Positions 37,417 to 47,375 of a DNA stretch of 64,000 nt are shown here, piece after piece. This DNA comes from an uncultured Candidatus Saccharibacteria bacterium (GTDB taxonomy: Bacteria > Patescibacteriota > UBA1384 > CAILIB01): NCBI GenBank assembly GCA_964593885.1, contig CAZQKK010000002.1, positions 157,204 through 221,203 on the forward strand, read 5' to 3'. How positions within the stretch are numbered: the first letter of the stretch is position 1; every line of letters starts with the position of its first letter. The translations under genes were made by a program, and so were the position numbers. The notes beneath the pieces are model-generated. The model did not search any database. It was not told the origin of the DNA and saw only the letters and a program-made list of their open reading frames with translations.

Positions 37417-38673
37417 ATGCGACGCAAACTGTGGATAACTTTCACCATCATTCTCGCCCTCACCGGCTTTGCTGGCTATGTAAACTGGCCTTCTGTAGGC
37501 AGACTTGGAGACCGCGATATTAGCCTGAGACAGGGTCTCGATCTCAAGGGAGGCGCCTACTTCGTATACGAGGCTGACACCACTGGTCTAGAAGGAACTA
37601 AGGCTAGTGAGGCCCTGGAAACCGTCAGGAGCGTCTTTGACAGCCGTATCAACACACTTGGGGTTACCGAGCCAGAGCTGAGAATTGGAAACGCTGGCAA
37701 CAAGCCAACCCTCATTGTGAGCCTGCCAGGTGTGAGCGACATCACCAAGGCCAAGAGCATCCTCGGAACCACTGCTAAGCTTGAGTTTAAAGATGATAGC
37801 GGAGCCGTAGTACTTGAGGGTAAAGACATCGTTGCCGACAAAACCTCAGCCGAGCCATCTGGTGGCTCTTCAAGCTCAGGGCTTGCCGCTTCCAGTTGGG
37901 AAATTAAGCTCACCCTCACTGCAGAGGGGAAGACTAAGTTTGCCAAGGCCACCGCTGCTAACCTCAATAAGCAGATTGCCATTGTTCTCGATGACCAGGT
38001 AATCTCAGCACCTACAGTTCAGAGTGCCATCACCGACGGTGAGGCCAGAATTACCGGTTCATTCACCGCTGAAGAGGCGCGCGACTTCGCCCTCCAACTC
38101 AAGAGTGGTGCCCTTCCAGTCCCTGTAAAGCTCATCCAAGAGCAAACAGTTGGTGCAACCCTTGGAACCGATGCCATTAACGAGAGCATGATTGCTGGGG
38201 TTATCGCCATCTTCCTGGTCATGATCTTCATGGTTGCCTACTACAAGTGGTGTGGCCTCATTGCCTCACTGGCACTGATGGTCTACGTCCTGCTCAACGT
38301 CATGGTCTTCAGGATGCTCCCAGTTACCCTTACCCTTGCGGGTATTGCCGGATTCGTCATCTCCATTGGTATTGCGGTAGACACCAACATCCTTACCTTT
38401 GAGCGTCTCAAGGAAGAGCTACGGTTAGGCAAGCAAATGCCTCTCGCCATTAAAGAGGCTTTCAGGCGCTCTTGGACAAGCATCAGAGACTCACACGTAG
38501 CAGGTCTCATCTCGGCAAGCATCATCTTCATCTTCGCCACGGGAGGTGTTCGAGGATTTGCGGTAGTCCTGATCATCGGTACGCTCCTGAGCCTTTTCAC
38601 CGCCATCACCGTTACCCGCAACTGGATGCTCCTCCTTGCCGGGAGCAAGCTGCAGCACCTCTTGAAGCCGTAA
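37417..38673 (+). CDS. secD: protein translocase subunit SecD
   Basis: 418 aa. LDLKGGAYFVYEAD first periplasmic domain. 6 C-terminal TM with LIQEQTVGATLG. Confidence 0.9.
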   Translation: MRRKLWITFTIILALTGFAGYVNWPSVGRLGDRDISLRQGLDLKGGAYFVYEADTTGLEGTKASEALETVRSVFDSRINTLGVTEPELRIGNAGNKPTLIVSLPGVSDITKAKSILGTTAKLEFKDDSGAVVLEGKDIVADKTSAEPSGGSSSSGLAASSWEIKLTLTAEGKTKFAKATAANLNKQIAIVLDDQVISAPTVQSAITDGEARITGSFTAEEARDFALQLKSGALPVPVKLIQEQTVGATLGTDAINESMIAGVIAIFLVMIFMVAYYKWCGLIASLALMVYVLLNVMVFRMLPVTLTLAGIAGFVISIGIAVDTNILTFERLKEELRLGKQMPLAIKEAFRRSWTSIRDSHVAGLISASIIFIFATGGVRGFAVVLIIGTLLSLFTAITVTRNWMLLLAGSKLQHLLKP

Positions 38674-38688
38674 CCTGAAGAATCAGCC

Positions 38689-39636
38689 ATGAAACACACC
38701 TCATTCTCCATCATCCAGAAGCGAAAAACGTGGTACATTCTTTCGCTCCTCTTCATCGTTCCAGGTATCATTTCCATCTTCACCTGGGGACTCAATGTAG
38801 GAATTGACTTTAAGGGAGGCAGCCTCCTCCAGGTTGAGTACTCTGATAGTAGACCAGCCGTAGAGACCATTCGCGACCAGGTTAGCAAATCTGAAGTTCC
38901 AGGTGCCGCTGTACAGACGGCAGGGGACAAGGGCCTCTTGATTAGGTTCCCAAACACCGAAGGCCGTGAGGGACGAAAAGACGCCGACACCATCACTACA
39001 AAGCTTGAAGAAGGTGGTCAGAAGCTCAACAAAGACAAAGAGAGCTTTGAAACCGTTGGGGGAACCGTTGCTAAGACAACCACCAACCGCGCCGTCCTTG
39101 CAGTTATCCTTACCTCACTTGCCATTATCATCTTCATGTCTTGGTCTTTCGCCTCAGTGCCAAAGCCTGCTTCTTCCTGGAGGTTTGGGGTAACCGCCAT
39201 CTTGGCGCTGCTCCACGACCTTGTGTTTGTGATTGGCGCCTTCTCGATCATTGGCCACTTCATGCCTCAAATTGAAGTAGACTCGCTCTTCATTACGGCA
39301 CTCCTGACCATCCTTGGTTTCTCGGTTAACGATACCATTGTGGTATTTGACCGTATCCGTGAGAACCTCAGGAAGTACCCAAACAAGAGCTTTGAGGACG
39401 TTTCAAACGAGAGTCTCAACCAGACCCTCGCTCGCTCGCTCAATACCTCTGGGACTGTTCTGATCGTCCTCCTAGCCCTCTTACTGCTTGGGGGTGTATC
39501 AATCCGCAGTTTCATCCTTGCACTCACCCTAGGGGTTGCTGTAGGGACGTACTCGTCAATCTTTAATGCTTCACCTCTGTTGGTAACCTGGCAGAATTGG
39601 GCCGATAGACGATCAGGTACGGTAAAGAAGCGCTAG
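38689..39636 (+). CDS. secF: protein translocase subunit SecF
   Basis: 315 aa. GIDFKGGSLLQVEY. RND-like TM bundle, DTIVVFDRIREN. Confidence 0.9.
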   Translation: MKHTSFSIIQKRKTWYILSLLFIVPGIISIFTWGLNVGIDFKGGSLLQVEYSDSRPAVETIRDQVSKSEVPGAAVQTAGDKGLLIRFPNTEGREGRKDADTITTKLEEGGQKLNKDKESFETVGGTVAKTTTNRAVLAVILTSLAIIIFMSWSFASVPKPASSWRFGVTAILALLHDLVFVIGAFSIIGHFMPQIEVDSLFITALLTILGFSVNDTIVVFDRIRENLRKYPNKSFEDVSNESLNQTLARSLNTSGTVLIVLLALLLLGGVSIRSFILALTLGVAVGTYSSIFNASPLLVTWQNWADRRSGTVKKR

Positions 39637-39654
39637 CACCCACTACGCAAGGCT

Positions 39655-39692
39655 AAAAATACCAGGTTCACAAACCTGGTATTTTTTTAGGT
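39655..39692 (+). terminator. rho-independent terminator after secF
   Basis: aaaaataccaggttcacaaacctggtattttttt. Confidence 0.7.
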
Positions 39693-39713
39693 TTCTGGTA
39701 TAGTCTTGGCACT

Positions 39714-40259
39714 GTGTTGATACCTGAACTTGAACAATTTGCCGTGATTGTAGAGGATGAAGAGACACTCCGTGCCATCTACCGCTACATCAACAGCCTC
39801 ATTCCCAGACGAACCCAGAAGAACATTGTCACAAAGGCATGTACAACGGGGAGACTCACTGATCTGACTGAAGACGAAGTTGCACTGGTTACTGAGGTCA
39901 ATGGATACCTCACGAGCGGCAGGATCGCCATCCTTCTGACGCATGACCCAGGCAACTCGCTTGGTTACACCTTCATCGCCCTGTCACCTAACTGGTGTCG
40001 CATCCCGTACCTTGGGCACTGTTTGCTCCAACCAGAACCTGGTAAATCAAGTTTCTGGCTCAGACAGCCAGTGGCGGTAGCAAAGCGCCTGTACACTCTC
40101 AAATCTACTATTGGTGACGACTTTGTCTATACCTCCAAGGAGGGGAGATGGTGCACGATCGTCACGCAGTGGGAGAAGGATGTCTTTCTCAGGGCATACG
40201 TAGCTGGAACTGACACCACCATCTACAACATCATTACGACTGACGATAGCGACGCCTAG
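39714..40259 (+). CDS. hypothetical protein (GTG start, apparently leaderless)
   Basis: 181-aa ORF. Extended -10 tggtatagt (39696-39704) ends 9 nt before the GTG. No assignable motif. Confidence 0.3.
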   Translation: MLIPELEQFAVIVEDEETLRAIYRYINSLIPRRTQKNIVTKACTTGRLTDLTEDEVALVTEVNGYLTSGRIAILLTHDPGNSLGYTFIALSPNWCRIPYLGHCLLQPEPGKSSFWLRQPVAVAKRLYTLKSTIGDDFVYTSKEGRWCTIVTQWEKDVFLRAYVAGTDTTIYNIITTDDSDA

Positions 40260-40295
40260 TCACTGCAAACCCGCATGGGTTTCAAAAAATTCACT

Positions 40296-40340
40296 ACTCC
40301 CCCTACCTGTATCGCAGGGCGGGGGAGTCTTTTTATTTTG
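40296..40340 (+). terminator. candidate terminator hairpin
   Basis: actccccc...gggggagt stem with internal cctg/cagg pairing, then cttttta. Confidence 0.4.
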
Positions 40341-40585
40341 TAACGTATACAAGTACTACAAAACGTAGCGCGAAACTGTGTCAACGTAAATACAAGATAT
40401 CCACCTCTAGGAGCCAAAATAGGGAAGGTACTAGCGCTTAACTATTCTTTGTATAGTGCCTTCCTGAGGGTATTATAACGTCGCCAATTGTTTATTTAGT
40501 GTCTTTATAATACGCGAAATACTGGTAATGCACCCAAACCAGCATAATATACCACTAAACCGGGATTGTAAGGTGTATTTCCGCC

Positions 40586-43500
40586 TTAGAGCGAAATACT
40601 ACCCCCTTCTTCCAGGGACTGCCCTCCTCGCACGTCGCTCTGTGCAACTTGAGGTTGTACACTTCCCGCTTCTTGCGCGGCACCAATACGTAAGTTCGGT
40701 TCTTGTTCGGTAAGGGGAAGAGGAGCCTCGGGGGAGGTTTGAGCTTCAGCGGCTGCCGCTTTTCGAGCTTCGTACTCAGCAAGTGTTTCAGGTAGGTACC
40801 ACTTGAGGCCACCCCGCTGCGCCACCTGTTTGTATGCCCAGCCGTCCATCACCTTAGGTGGTCGCTCCTTAGCTGATTTCTTTACCTTTGTCCCCTGGCC
40901 TTCCTCGGGTTGTGCCACGAGAGCTTCAGCTACTGGTTGAGAAACTACCGGTAGTGGGGCTTCCTCGTACAACTGTGGCAGTGGCTGAGGTTCTACAACC
41001 ATAGGTAGCTCAACCTTCTCAGCAATTGTAGGGGTATGATTCCCCTGTTTTTCTACAGGTTTGCTAACCTGGAAATTTTGGATCTGTGGAGCAGGAGTAG
41101 CAGGCTTAGCTGCCTGGACTGGCTGAGCTGGTTGTTGTTGGCGTTGCTGAGGTTGGGGCGATGGGGTGCGGGGAGCCTGGGCTGTAGGTCTCACCTGCTG
41201 AGGTTGAGCCTGTTGGACAGGTTGATTTTGCGGTGGTGCTGGGCGTGTCTGAGCCAGAGGTGTTGGAGCACCTGGCATTCCCCCACCCGGCTGGGTAAGG
41301 ATGGCGGCAGCGGCTTTTGATGCCTCTTCTGCCTGACGCTTCTGGCGGTACCCTGAAACCTCGTCAATGATCGCCTCTACTTCAGCCCTAGGTTTGGCAT
41401 AGGTCTGGCGCGAAAATGCAATCACCTGTTCCCTGAGACTTCCCTGCACTTCACGTGGCATCAGGGTTCGAGCAGAGAAAGGTTGCGCGGCGAAACCGTC
41501 CACCAGGAGCCTGGTGTAGATGTGTCCTTTCTCTAGGGAAATCATATCCGATACCTCGAAGGTCGGGGCGAATTCCTTCTGGAGAGACTCTGCATCAGGG
41601 GTACCTAACCTGAAGAGAATCATTGTTCCAACGTTTCCAATGACAGCATCCTTAACCGTATCTGAGAGCTGGGCAATGTACTGGTGGGCCATGGTGAGGC
41701 CAAGGTTGTACTTTCGCGCCTCAGAGAGAATGGTGGCAAATGAATCGGTTGCAAAGTTTTGGAACTCATCCACGTAGAGGAAACAGTCTGGGCGTTGGTC
41801 TGGTGGTACATCGGCACGAGACATGGCGGCAAGCTGGACGCGAGTTACAATCATCGATCCCAGGAGAGCCATGGCGTCTTCACCAATCTTCCCCTTTGAG
41901 AGGTTTACAATGAGAATCTTCTTCTCGTCCATTGCCTTCCTGAAGTTTACCGTGGAGGTTGGCTGACAGGTGAGGTTTCTAATCATTGAGGACGAGAGGA
42001 ACTGCCCAACCTTGTTGAGAATTGGCCCGATGGCCTCTGACTGCTGCTTAGGCTCCATGCCGTTCCACTCGTACTGCCAGAAGGCGCGCACCACCGGATC
42101 AGTTACGTTGGCTACCACGCTCTCCCTGAACGGCCTGTCGGTGAGCATGCGTGGGATTCCCATCATCGTGCTGTTTGGGCTCTCCAAGAGTGCCAGGGTA
42201 GTATTCCTCAAGATGTACTCAAGACGCGGTCCCCAAGAGTCTCCAAAGATCTTCTTGAGTACTCCCACAAAACCAGAGGCCACTAGTCCCCTGAACGCCT
42301 CCCCCACCTGCTCGAGGGGATTGAAGGAGATTGGCCAATCAGTATCAGCAGGGTCAATCACGATCACGTCCTGGATTCGCTCCGCTGGGATGCTATCCAC
42401 AGCCTTGTCGGCAAACTCGCCGTGGGGATCAACAATCACAATTCCCCTACCCAGCTGAATGTCATCGATAGCCATGTTCTCCAGAAGCGTAGACTTTCCG
42501 ACACCAGACTTTCCGATGATGTAGATGTGACGTTTCCTATCGTCCATCTTGATACCAAAAGTTTCAGATTTGTTACGGAAGTCTGTGTTTCCAATTACCG
42601 TGAGCTCGTGGGGGTCCATCTGACTCTTGAGGGGGATGTTGAAAGGAGCTTCCCCTTTCTTACTCCCCGCCCGTGAGATGGCGTTTGCTTCAACCGTTAC
42701 CGATGGGAAGTGGTACACCGAGGCTAGCTCCTCAATGTTGAGGATGCTCCCCTTCTCTTCAAACTCGCGGTTGATGTACTGCTCCCAGCTGCCGAAGTCG
42801 TCGATTTTTACTTCACCCCCGGTGAAACCGTTGAGGTTAGTGGTATTGAACTGCTTGAAAGCTCCAATGAGCGAAAGGGTTCTGGCGCGTGCCACGTTCT
42901 CCTGCTCGGCAATGCTGACCATTCTGAAGATGGTCTCGTAGCCAAGCTTGGTAATCTTCCCTTCAATTCCCTTGAGGGCTGCTTCTTCAGGAGCTGAGAG
43001 CTTTGGCGCCTCGGCTGGTGCTGCGGCTCCCCCAGCGCTTCCCGGTGAAACCACCTCCTGCGCGACGAGGGCAAGGAGCTTTCCAACCTTCCCAACGGAT
43101 TTAAGGGCACCGCTGGCACTGCCTGGTTTTTGGCCGGCCCTGATTGCCTGCACGTAGGAAACACCTTTATTTTGCCAGTTATCCCCTACTGGTCTCACCA
43201 CAATTTGCAGCCAGAGATGTTCGCCCACCTCAAGGTTGCCAAGCACTGCGGTAATACCGGCGAGTGGGTCTACCTCTAGGCTGGTGTAGGTTTTTATGGG
43301 GTAGACATCCTCTTTGGTGAGCTTGAGCCTGCTGGTTGCCACGTGCATGCCAGCCAAGTCTATCTCCTGGGTGTAGTCTGAGGCGTGCTTAATCTGGAGA
43401 TCTGGGTACTGCGCGTAGAGCTGACCTTCAATGAACTCTCGCATGTGGAGAGGGCAGAAGAGGTAGAAAATGATGGAATCTTTGGAGGCGACAATCTCAA

Positions 43501-43687
43501 AGCTCAGGTGCTCCTGAATAATAGGATCTTCCCGGTAGATACCGTGAACCGCTGCAAAGAACTGCTCAGCTGAGCTGGCGTTCTTCTCGTTGTTCTTTGG
43601 AACCTGGATTGCGAGCACAATAAAGGTCTGGGAAGCGAGAAAGGCTGCCCGTCGCTTGAGATCTGCCGCGCGACGCCAGAGTACCAT
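40586..43687 (-). CDS. membrane-associated FtsK/HerA-superfamily ATPase (DUF87 / VirB4-TraC-like), paralog 1, with long Q/P/A-rich C-terminal tail
   Basis: 1033 aa. Walker A IIGKSGVGKSTL about 395 aa from N-terminus. DPHGEF motif about 25 aa later. Walker B-like FLYVDEFQNF. AT/MAHQY. About 260-aa low-complexity tail ending in a compact domain (GWAYKQVAQRGGLKWYLPETLAEYEA). Confidence 0.7.
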   Translation of the reverse strand: MVLWRRAADLKRRAAFLASQTFIVLAIQVPKNNEKNASSAEQFFAAVHGIYREDPIIQEHLSFEIVASKDSIIFYLFCPLHMREFIEGQLYAQYPDLQIKHASDYTQEIDLAGMHVATSRLKLTKEDVYPIKTYTSLEVDPLAGITAVLGNLEVGEHLWLQIVVRPVGDNWQNKGVSYVQAIRAGQKPGSASGALKSVGKVGKLLALVAQEVVSPGSAGGAAAPAEAPKLSAPEEAALKGIEGKITKLGYETIFRMVSIAEQENVARARTLSLIGAFKQFNTTNLNGFTGGEVKIDDFGSWEQYINREFEEKGSILNIEELASVYHFPSVTVEANAISRAGSKKGEAPFNIPLKSQMDPHELTVIGNTDFRNKSETFGIKMDDRKRHIYIIGKSGVGKSTLLENMAIDDIQLGRGIVIVDPHGEFADKAVDSIPAERIQDVIVIDPADTDWPISFNPLEQVGEAFRGLVASGFVGVLKKIFGDSWGPRLEYILRNTTLALLESPNSTMMGIPRMLTDRPFRESVVANVTDPVVRAFWQYEWNGMEPKQQSEAIGPILNKVGQFLSSSMIRNLTCQPTSTVNFRKAMDEKKILIVNLSKGKIGEDAMALLGSMIVTRVQLAAMSRADVPPDQRPDCFLYVDEFQNFATDSFATILSEARKYNLGLTMAHQYIAQLSDTVKDAVIGNVGTMILFRLGTPDAESLQKEFAPTFEVSDMISLEKGHIYTRLLVDGFAAQPFSARTLMPREVQGSLREQVIAFSRQTYAKPRAEVEAIIDEVSGYRQKRQAEEASKAAAAILTQPGGGMPGAPTPLAQTRPAPPQNQPVQQAQPQQVRPTAQAPRTPSPQPQQRQQQPAQPVQAAKPATPAPQIQNFQVSKPVEKQGNHTPTIAEKVELPMVVEPQPLPQLYEEAPLPVVSQPVAEALVAQPEEGQGTKVKKSAKERPPKVMDGWAYKQVAQRGGLKWYLPETLAEYEARKAAAAEAQTSPEAPLPLTEQEPNLRIGAAQEAGSVQPQVAQSDVRGGQSLEEGGSISL

Positions 43688-43698
43688 GGTGGTTTTTC

Positions 43699-44421
43699 TT
43701 ATGCTGGATTATCGATCACCGCCCAGCGGGCAATACCAGTTGCTGGGATCATAATCATTACCCTATCCCCTGCTTTAATGCTGTAGAGAGCCATGTAGTA
43801 GGTAACACATGCGGTGAGGATGCTGTAGGTGTGACCCTCGTCACTGTCTACTACGTAGTGGTTACCTTCCATGCGCAAGACTCCCCCAACGTTCCTTCGC
43901 TCAACCGGTCCAAGCTGCTTGTAGACGTACTTGCCATCTGAGCCAATGTAGAGCTTGAGTGGGTCTCCCTCAATGAGCTTTGACTTGCTGGCGTAGTTTG
44001 GTGGCACCTGGTAGCTCTTGCCGTTGCCGTCTACCATCCGCTCACCATCAAAGATTCCCTCAATGCCATCGTCCTCGTTGTTGTACTGATTTGAGAAAGA
44101 GTATGAGGCTGGCGTCATGAACCCTTGGAGCGAACCGCTCTGGGGGGTAAAGCCTTCGCCACTTCCAGAGAACATGCCTCTGAGTGTCCTAATGTCGTGC
44201 TCAAGTGACTCCAAGATTTTGAGGGCTCGTTCTTGGCTGAAGCCGAGAGCTGGGGCTTCTTCCTTAAACTCCCCTTGGTGGTCTTCGCCATCTGTTGTCT
44301 GCTGGTGACCCTCACTCTGGAGCTCCTCAACCGAGGCATCGGCCTCATCAGGTGTAGTTGGAAGTTGGAGCTCTACAAGCTCAGTAACCTCATCAGATGT
44401 AGCAGCTTTCTTTGGACTCAT
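43699..44421 (-). CDS. hypothetical protein, acidic N-terminus, beta-rich C-terminus
   Basis: 240-aa ORF sandwiched between the two ATPase paralogs with 11- and 25-bp spacers. Confidence 0.4.
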   Translation of the reverse strand: MSPKKAATSDEVTELVELQLPTTPDEADASVEELQSEGHQQTTDGEDHQGEFKEEAPALGFSQERALKILESLEHDIRTLRGMFSGSGEGFTPQSGSLQGFMTPASYSFSNQYNNEDDGIEGIFDGERMVDGNGKSYQVPPNYASKSKLIEGDPLKLYIGSDGKYVYKQLGPVERRNVGGVLRMEGNHYVVDSDEGHTYSILTACVTYYMALYSIKAGDRVMIMIPATGIARWAVIDNPA

Positions 44422-44446
44422 ATCGGTTGTATTACGTATTTATCAA

Positions 44447-46942
44447 CTATGCGCCAATACTAGCAGATTTTGCGCGCATGCGCACCTCTGCCTCCACGAT
44501 GTCCCTATCCCTCCCGTACTTTAGCCTTGAGAGTTCCCTAATCGCCTCCCCTACCTGGACGTTTTCGTGGGGGTCTGGCGGGTAGGTACTCACATTGAAA
44601 GGTTTACTTGGAGCACTATCGATCATCAACCTCACGTAGTAGTTGTACTTCTCTACGTTGATGAGGTCATCGGTATTGAGTGGGTCCATGATCTTCACCA
44701 TGAACTCAGCGTCTGGTGCACCAATTCGCCACGAGATGATGGTACCAACGTTTCCAAAGACGGCGTTACGGGTGTCATCGTCAAGCTGCTCAATGTACTG
44801 GTGGGTAATGTTAAGCGAAAGGGCGTACTTCCTCGCCTCAGAGAGAATGGTGGCGAAGGTCTTTGAGGTGAAGTTCTGGAACTCATCCACGTAGAGGTAG
44901 AAAGGAACCCTCGATTCCTCTGGCTGGTTCTGACGCGAGAAGGCGGCAATCTGAATCTTACTCGAGATAATCATTCCCAAGAGGGCGGCTGACATATCGC
45001 CCAAGAGACCTTTAGGGAGTGCCACCAGGAGGATCTTCTTCTCGTCCATGAGCTGCCTGAAGTTGAAGGCACTGTTCTGCTGCCCCACAATTGGCCTCAT
45101 GATGTCTGAAGCGGTGAACTGGGTTAGCTTGCTGGTGATGTAGGGAACGATGTTCTGAAGTGCCGCTTCTCCCCCGGCCTTCTCAGCCTCTTTGACCCAG
45201 AAATCAACAACCGTCTGGTTACGGCACTTAGAGAGCTTGTACTTCCTGAAGGCATCGTCAGAGAGCACGCGAGGAATTTCCATCAAGGTACTCCCCGATT
45301 CTGGGTCTTCCATGATCAGGAGTGCGGCATTACGTAGGTACTGTTCGAAGATTGGTCCGCCGGTGGCCTTGAGGTCGTAGAGCTTATCAAAGATGGAGAT
45401 AATCTCGTTGATTACCATGGTCTTCTGCTCTGGGTAGGCAGGGTCAAACTCTAGCAAGTTGAGGGCGATAGGACGCGCGGTGTCGGCAGGGTTGAAGTAG
45501 ATGACATCCTCGGCACGCTCTTTAGGGATGTGGCGAAGAATCCATTCCACCGCATCTCCGTTTGGGTCCATGTAGCAAACACCGTGTCCAGCCCTAATAT
45601 CCTGGAGGATGAGGTTCTGGTAGAGGTTTGTTTTACCTACACCTGTTTGTCCGATGGCGTACATGTGACGCATCCTGTCCTTGCCGTTGATGTAGATTGG
45701 CACATCGGTTCCCCTAAATGAGCTGAAGCCCATGAGGGCACCAGACTGCGGCAGGTTGATAGGTGGCGGAAGTCTTTTTGCCCCAAGCCAGTGGACGTTT
45801 GGCGTGTCTAGATGACGGTTTGGGAAGTGGAAGAGGCTGGTAAGCTCCTCGGTGTTGAGGACGAAGGATTTCTGACTTGGCGAGGCACTCCTCAAGATGT
45901 AGTCCACCAGCAGCCGTCGGTTGTCTCGCCCCGATGCCTTGAAGCCGTTTGCCTCGGGAGACTGGAACTGGGAGAAAGCGCTGAGCATGGTCTGCACCTG
46001 GTTCTGTGCTTCAGGAACACTTGCAGCTCTGGCCACAACTCTAATTTGGGTTTTAAAGCCTAACTTCGCCCCTTTCTCAACCAAGAGCTTCGCCTGTTGT
46101 TCTTGCATGGCGGTGAGCCTGACGTTTGCCTTAGAGGTGTTCATCGCCTCATTGTTCTCAGATTCCTGAGCGGTGCCCGCAGCCGCTTTTCCAATATCAG
46201 TAGCAAGCGCCAGGCTCTTCTGGGCAAACCCATTCTGGTGGGTAAAGTCTTTCCCCTGCTGCACGTTGTGGAGAGCTTTCTGGATGCCATTCTGCCAGGA
46301 TTGGTCGGTTGGCTGGACGATCACCTGAATAGCGGCCTTGCCGTCAGCAAGCTTTGAAAGGACGTTGGTGAGGACGTTGAGTGGCTCACCTTCCATGGTT
46401 CGGTAGGTTTTGATGGGGAAAATCTCAGGCTTCATCAGCTCAACTGAGGCAACAGCACTCTGACCTTCGGGCTCTAAGAAGAGGTCGTAGTCTGAGGCTA
46501 GCTCAATCTGGGCCGAAGGGTACTGGGCGTGAATCTGTCGCTCAAGAGCTGGAAGGTGTTCTTGGGGGCCGGTGACGTAGAAGAAGATCTCGCCATGCTG
46601 GGCAACAATCTCAAAGCTAAATGTAGGCTGACCGTCCCACAGTTTCTTCTTGAAATCTGATTCATAGAAGTGCTGGAGCGACGCGTAAATTGGCTCCATG
46701 AGCGAGGTGAGCTCTTTTGGATCACGCTTGCTGTCATCTTCGTCCCCCTGCTTAGGGAGTGTCACTTTGAGCGCCCTAATCCCAAGCTGGTGGGAGTACC
46801 TAACCTTGAGGCGAAGGGCGAGAAACTTGAGGTACCCAAAAACACCCGCCGAGGTGAGGAGGATGAGAATGACGAGTACCACAATACTACCCACTGAACT
46901 GGACGAAGTAGCTGCCCCGGTACTAAAATCTGTTCCCTCCAT
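44447..46942 (-). CDS. membrane-anchored FtsK/HerA-superfamily ATPase (DUF87 / VirB4-TraC-like), paralog 2
   Basis: 831 aa. N-terminal TM IVVLVILILLTSAGVFGYL. Conserved N-domain (SFEIVAQHGEIFFYVTGP...AQYPSAQIELASDY). Walker A AIGQTGVGKTNL. DPNGDA. FYLYVDEFQNF. Collinear with paralog 1 up to the ATPase C-terminus. Confidence 0.7.
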   Translation of the reverse strand: MEGTDFSTGAATSSSSVGSIVVLVILILLTSAGVFGYLKFLALRLKVRYSHQLGIRALKVTLPKQGDEDDSKRDPKELTSLMEPIYASLQHFYESDFKKKLWDGQPTFSFEIVAQHGEIFFYVTGPQEHLPALERQIHAQYPSAQIELASDYDLFLEPEGQSAVASVELMKPEIFPIKTYRTMEGEPLNVLTNVLSKLADGKAAIQVIVQPTDQSWQNGIQKALHNVQQGKDFTHQNGFAQKSLALATDIGKAAAGTAQESENNEAMNTSKANVRLTAMQEQQAKLLVEKGAKLGFKTQIRVVARAASVPEAQNQVQTMLSAFSQFQSPEANGFKASGRDNRRLLVDYILRSASPSQKSFVLNTEELTSLFHFPNRHLDTPNVHWLGAKRLPPPINLPQSGALMGFSSFRGTDVPIYINGKDRMRHMYAIGQTGVGKTNLYQNLILQDIRAGHGVCYMDPNGDAVEWILRHIPKERAEDVIYFNPADTARPIALNLLEFDPAYPEQKTMVINEIISIFDKLYDLKATGGPIFEQYLRNAALLIMEDPESGSTLMEIPRVLSDDAFRKYKLSKCRNQTVVDFWVKEAEKAGGEAALQNIVPYITSKLTQFTASDIMRPIVGQQNSAFNFRQLMDEKKILLVALPKGLLGDMSAALLGMIISSKIQIAAFSRQNQPEESRVPFYLYVDEFQNFTSKTFATILSEARKYALSLNITHQYIEQLDDDTRNAVFGNVGTIISWRIGAPDAEFMVKIMDPLNTDDLINVEKYNYYVRLMIDSAPSKPFNVSTYPPDPHENVQVGEAIRELSRLKYGRDRDIVEAEVRMRAKSASIGA

Positions 46943-46949
46943 TTGTATG

Positions 46950-47375
46950 CTAGTGGTGAGCGGCCTGGCTTAGGGCTACGAGGTTTTCTTCTGTGGGATT
47001 ACCCACTGCTGCATGAATCTCAGCAGAGGCGTCCGGGATGATGGTGCCCTCTGTTGCAGGCAAGGCTGGTTGAGTGTCTTCTTCATGGAGCGCTTCTACA
47101 ATTGGCTCTGTTCTATGTTCCACAACTTCAGGTTGCGGAAGTGGTGTTTGCCCAGTAACCACTACTTCCTGGGCAACCTCTGGTTCTAGGATTGCTTCGG
47201 TAGCCGGGATCTCAACAAGATGTTCAGTAGAAACTTCTGGTACCTGTTCCACAAGCTGTGGCGCAACAACCTCTCCACCAACTGCAACTTCAGCAGTATC
47301 CCCCTGCTTGTGTTTGAGAGCTTCGTCCCAAGAGATAACTTGGCGGTCAGGTTGTGGGATGGGTTGCTCGGACAT
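46950..47375 (-). CDS. small highly acidic low-complexity protein
   Basis: 141 aa, rich in E/V/P/Q. Start codon overlaps the stop of the upstream 826-aa gene (ATTATGA). Confidence 0.4.
   Translation of the reverse strand: MSEQPIPQPDRQVISWDEALKHKQGDTAEVAVGGEVVAPQLVEQVPEVSTEHLVEIPATEAILEPEVAQEVVVTGQTPLPQPEVVEHRTEPIVEALHEEDTQPALPATEGTIIPDASAEIHAAVGNPTEENLVALSQAAHH

Noticed and set aside
41520-41777. Plus-strand ORFs inside the two ATPase genes (41520-41777 and 44643-44894) with similar C-termini
   Set aside because: They are antisense to the conserved Walker-B/SEARKY block of the two paralogs. Their similarity reflects DNA-level paralogy of the real minus-strand genes, not independent coding.
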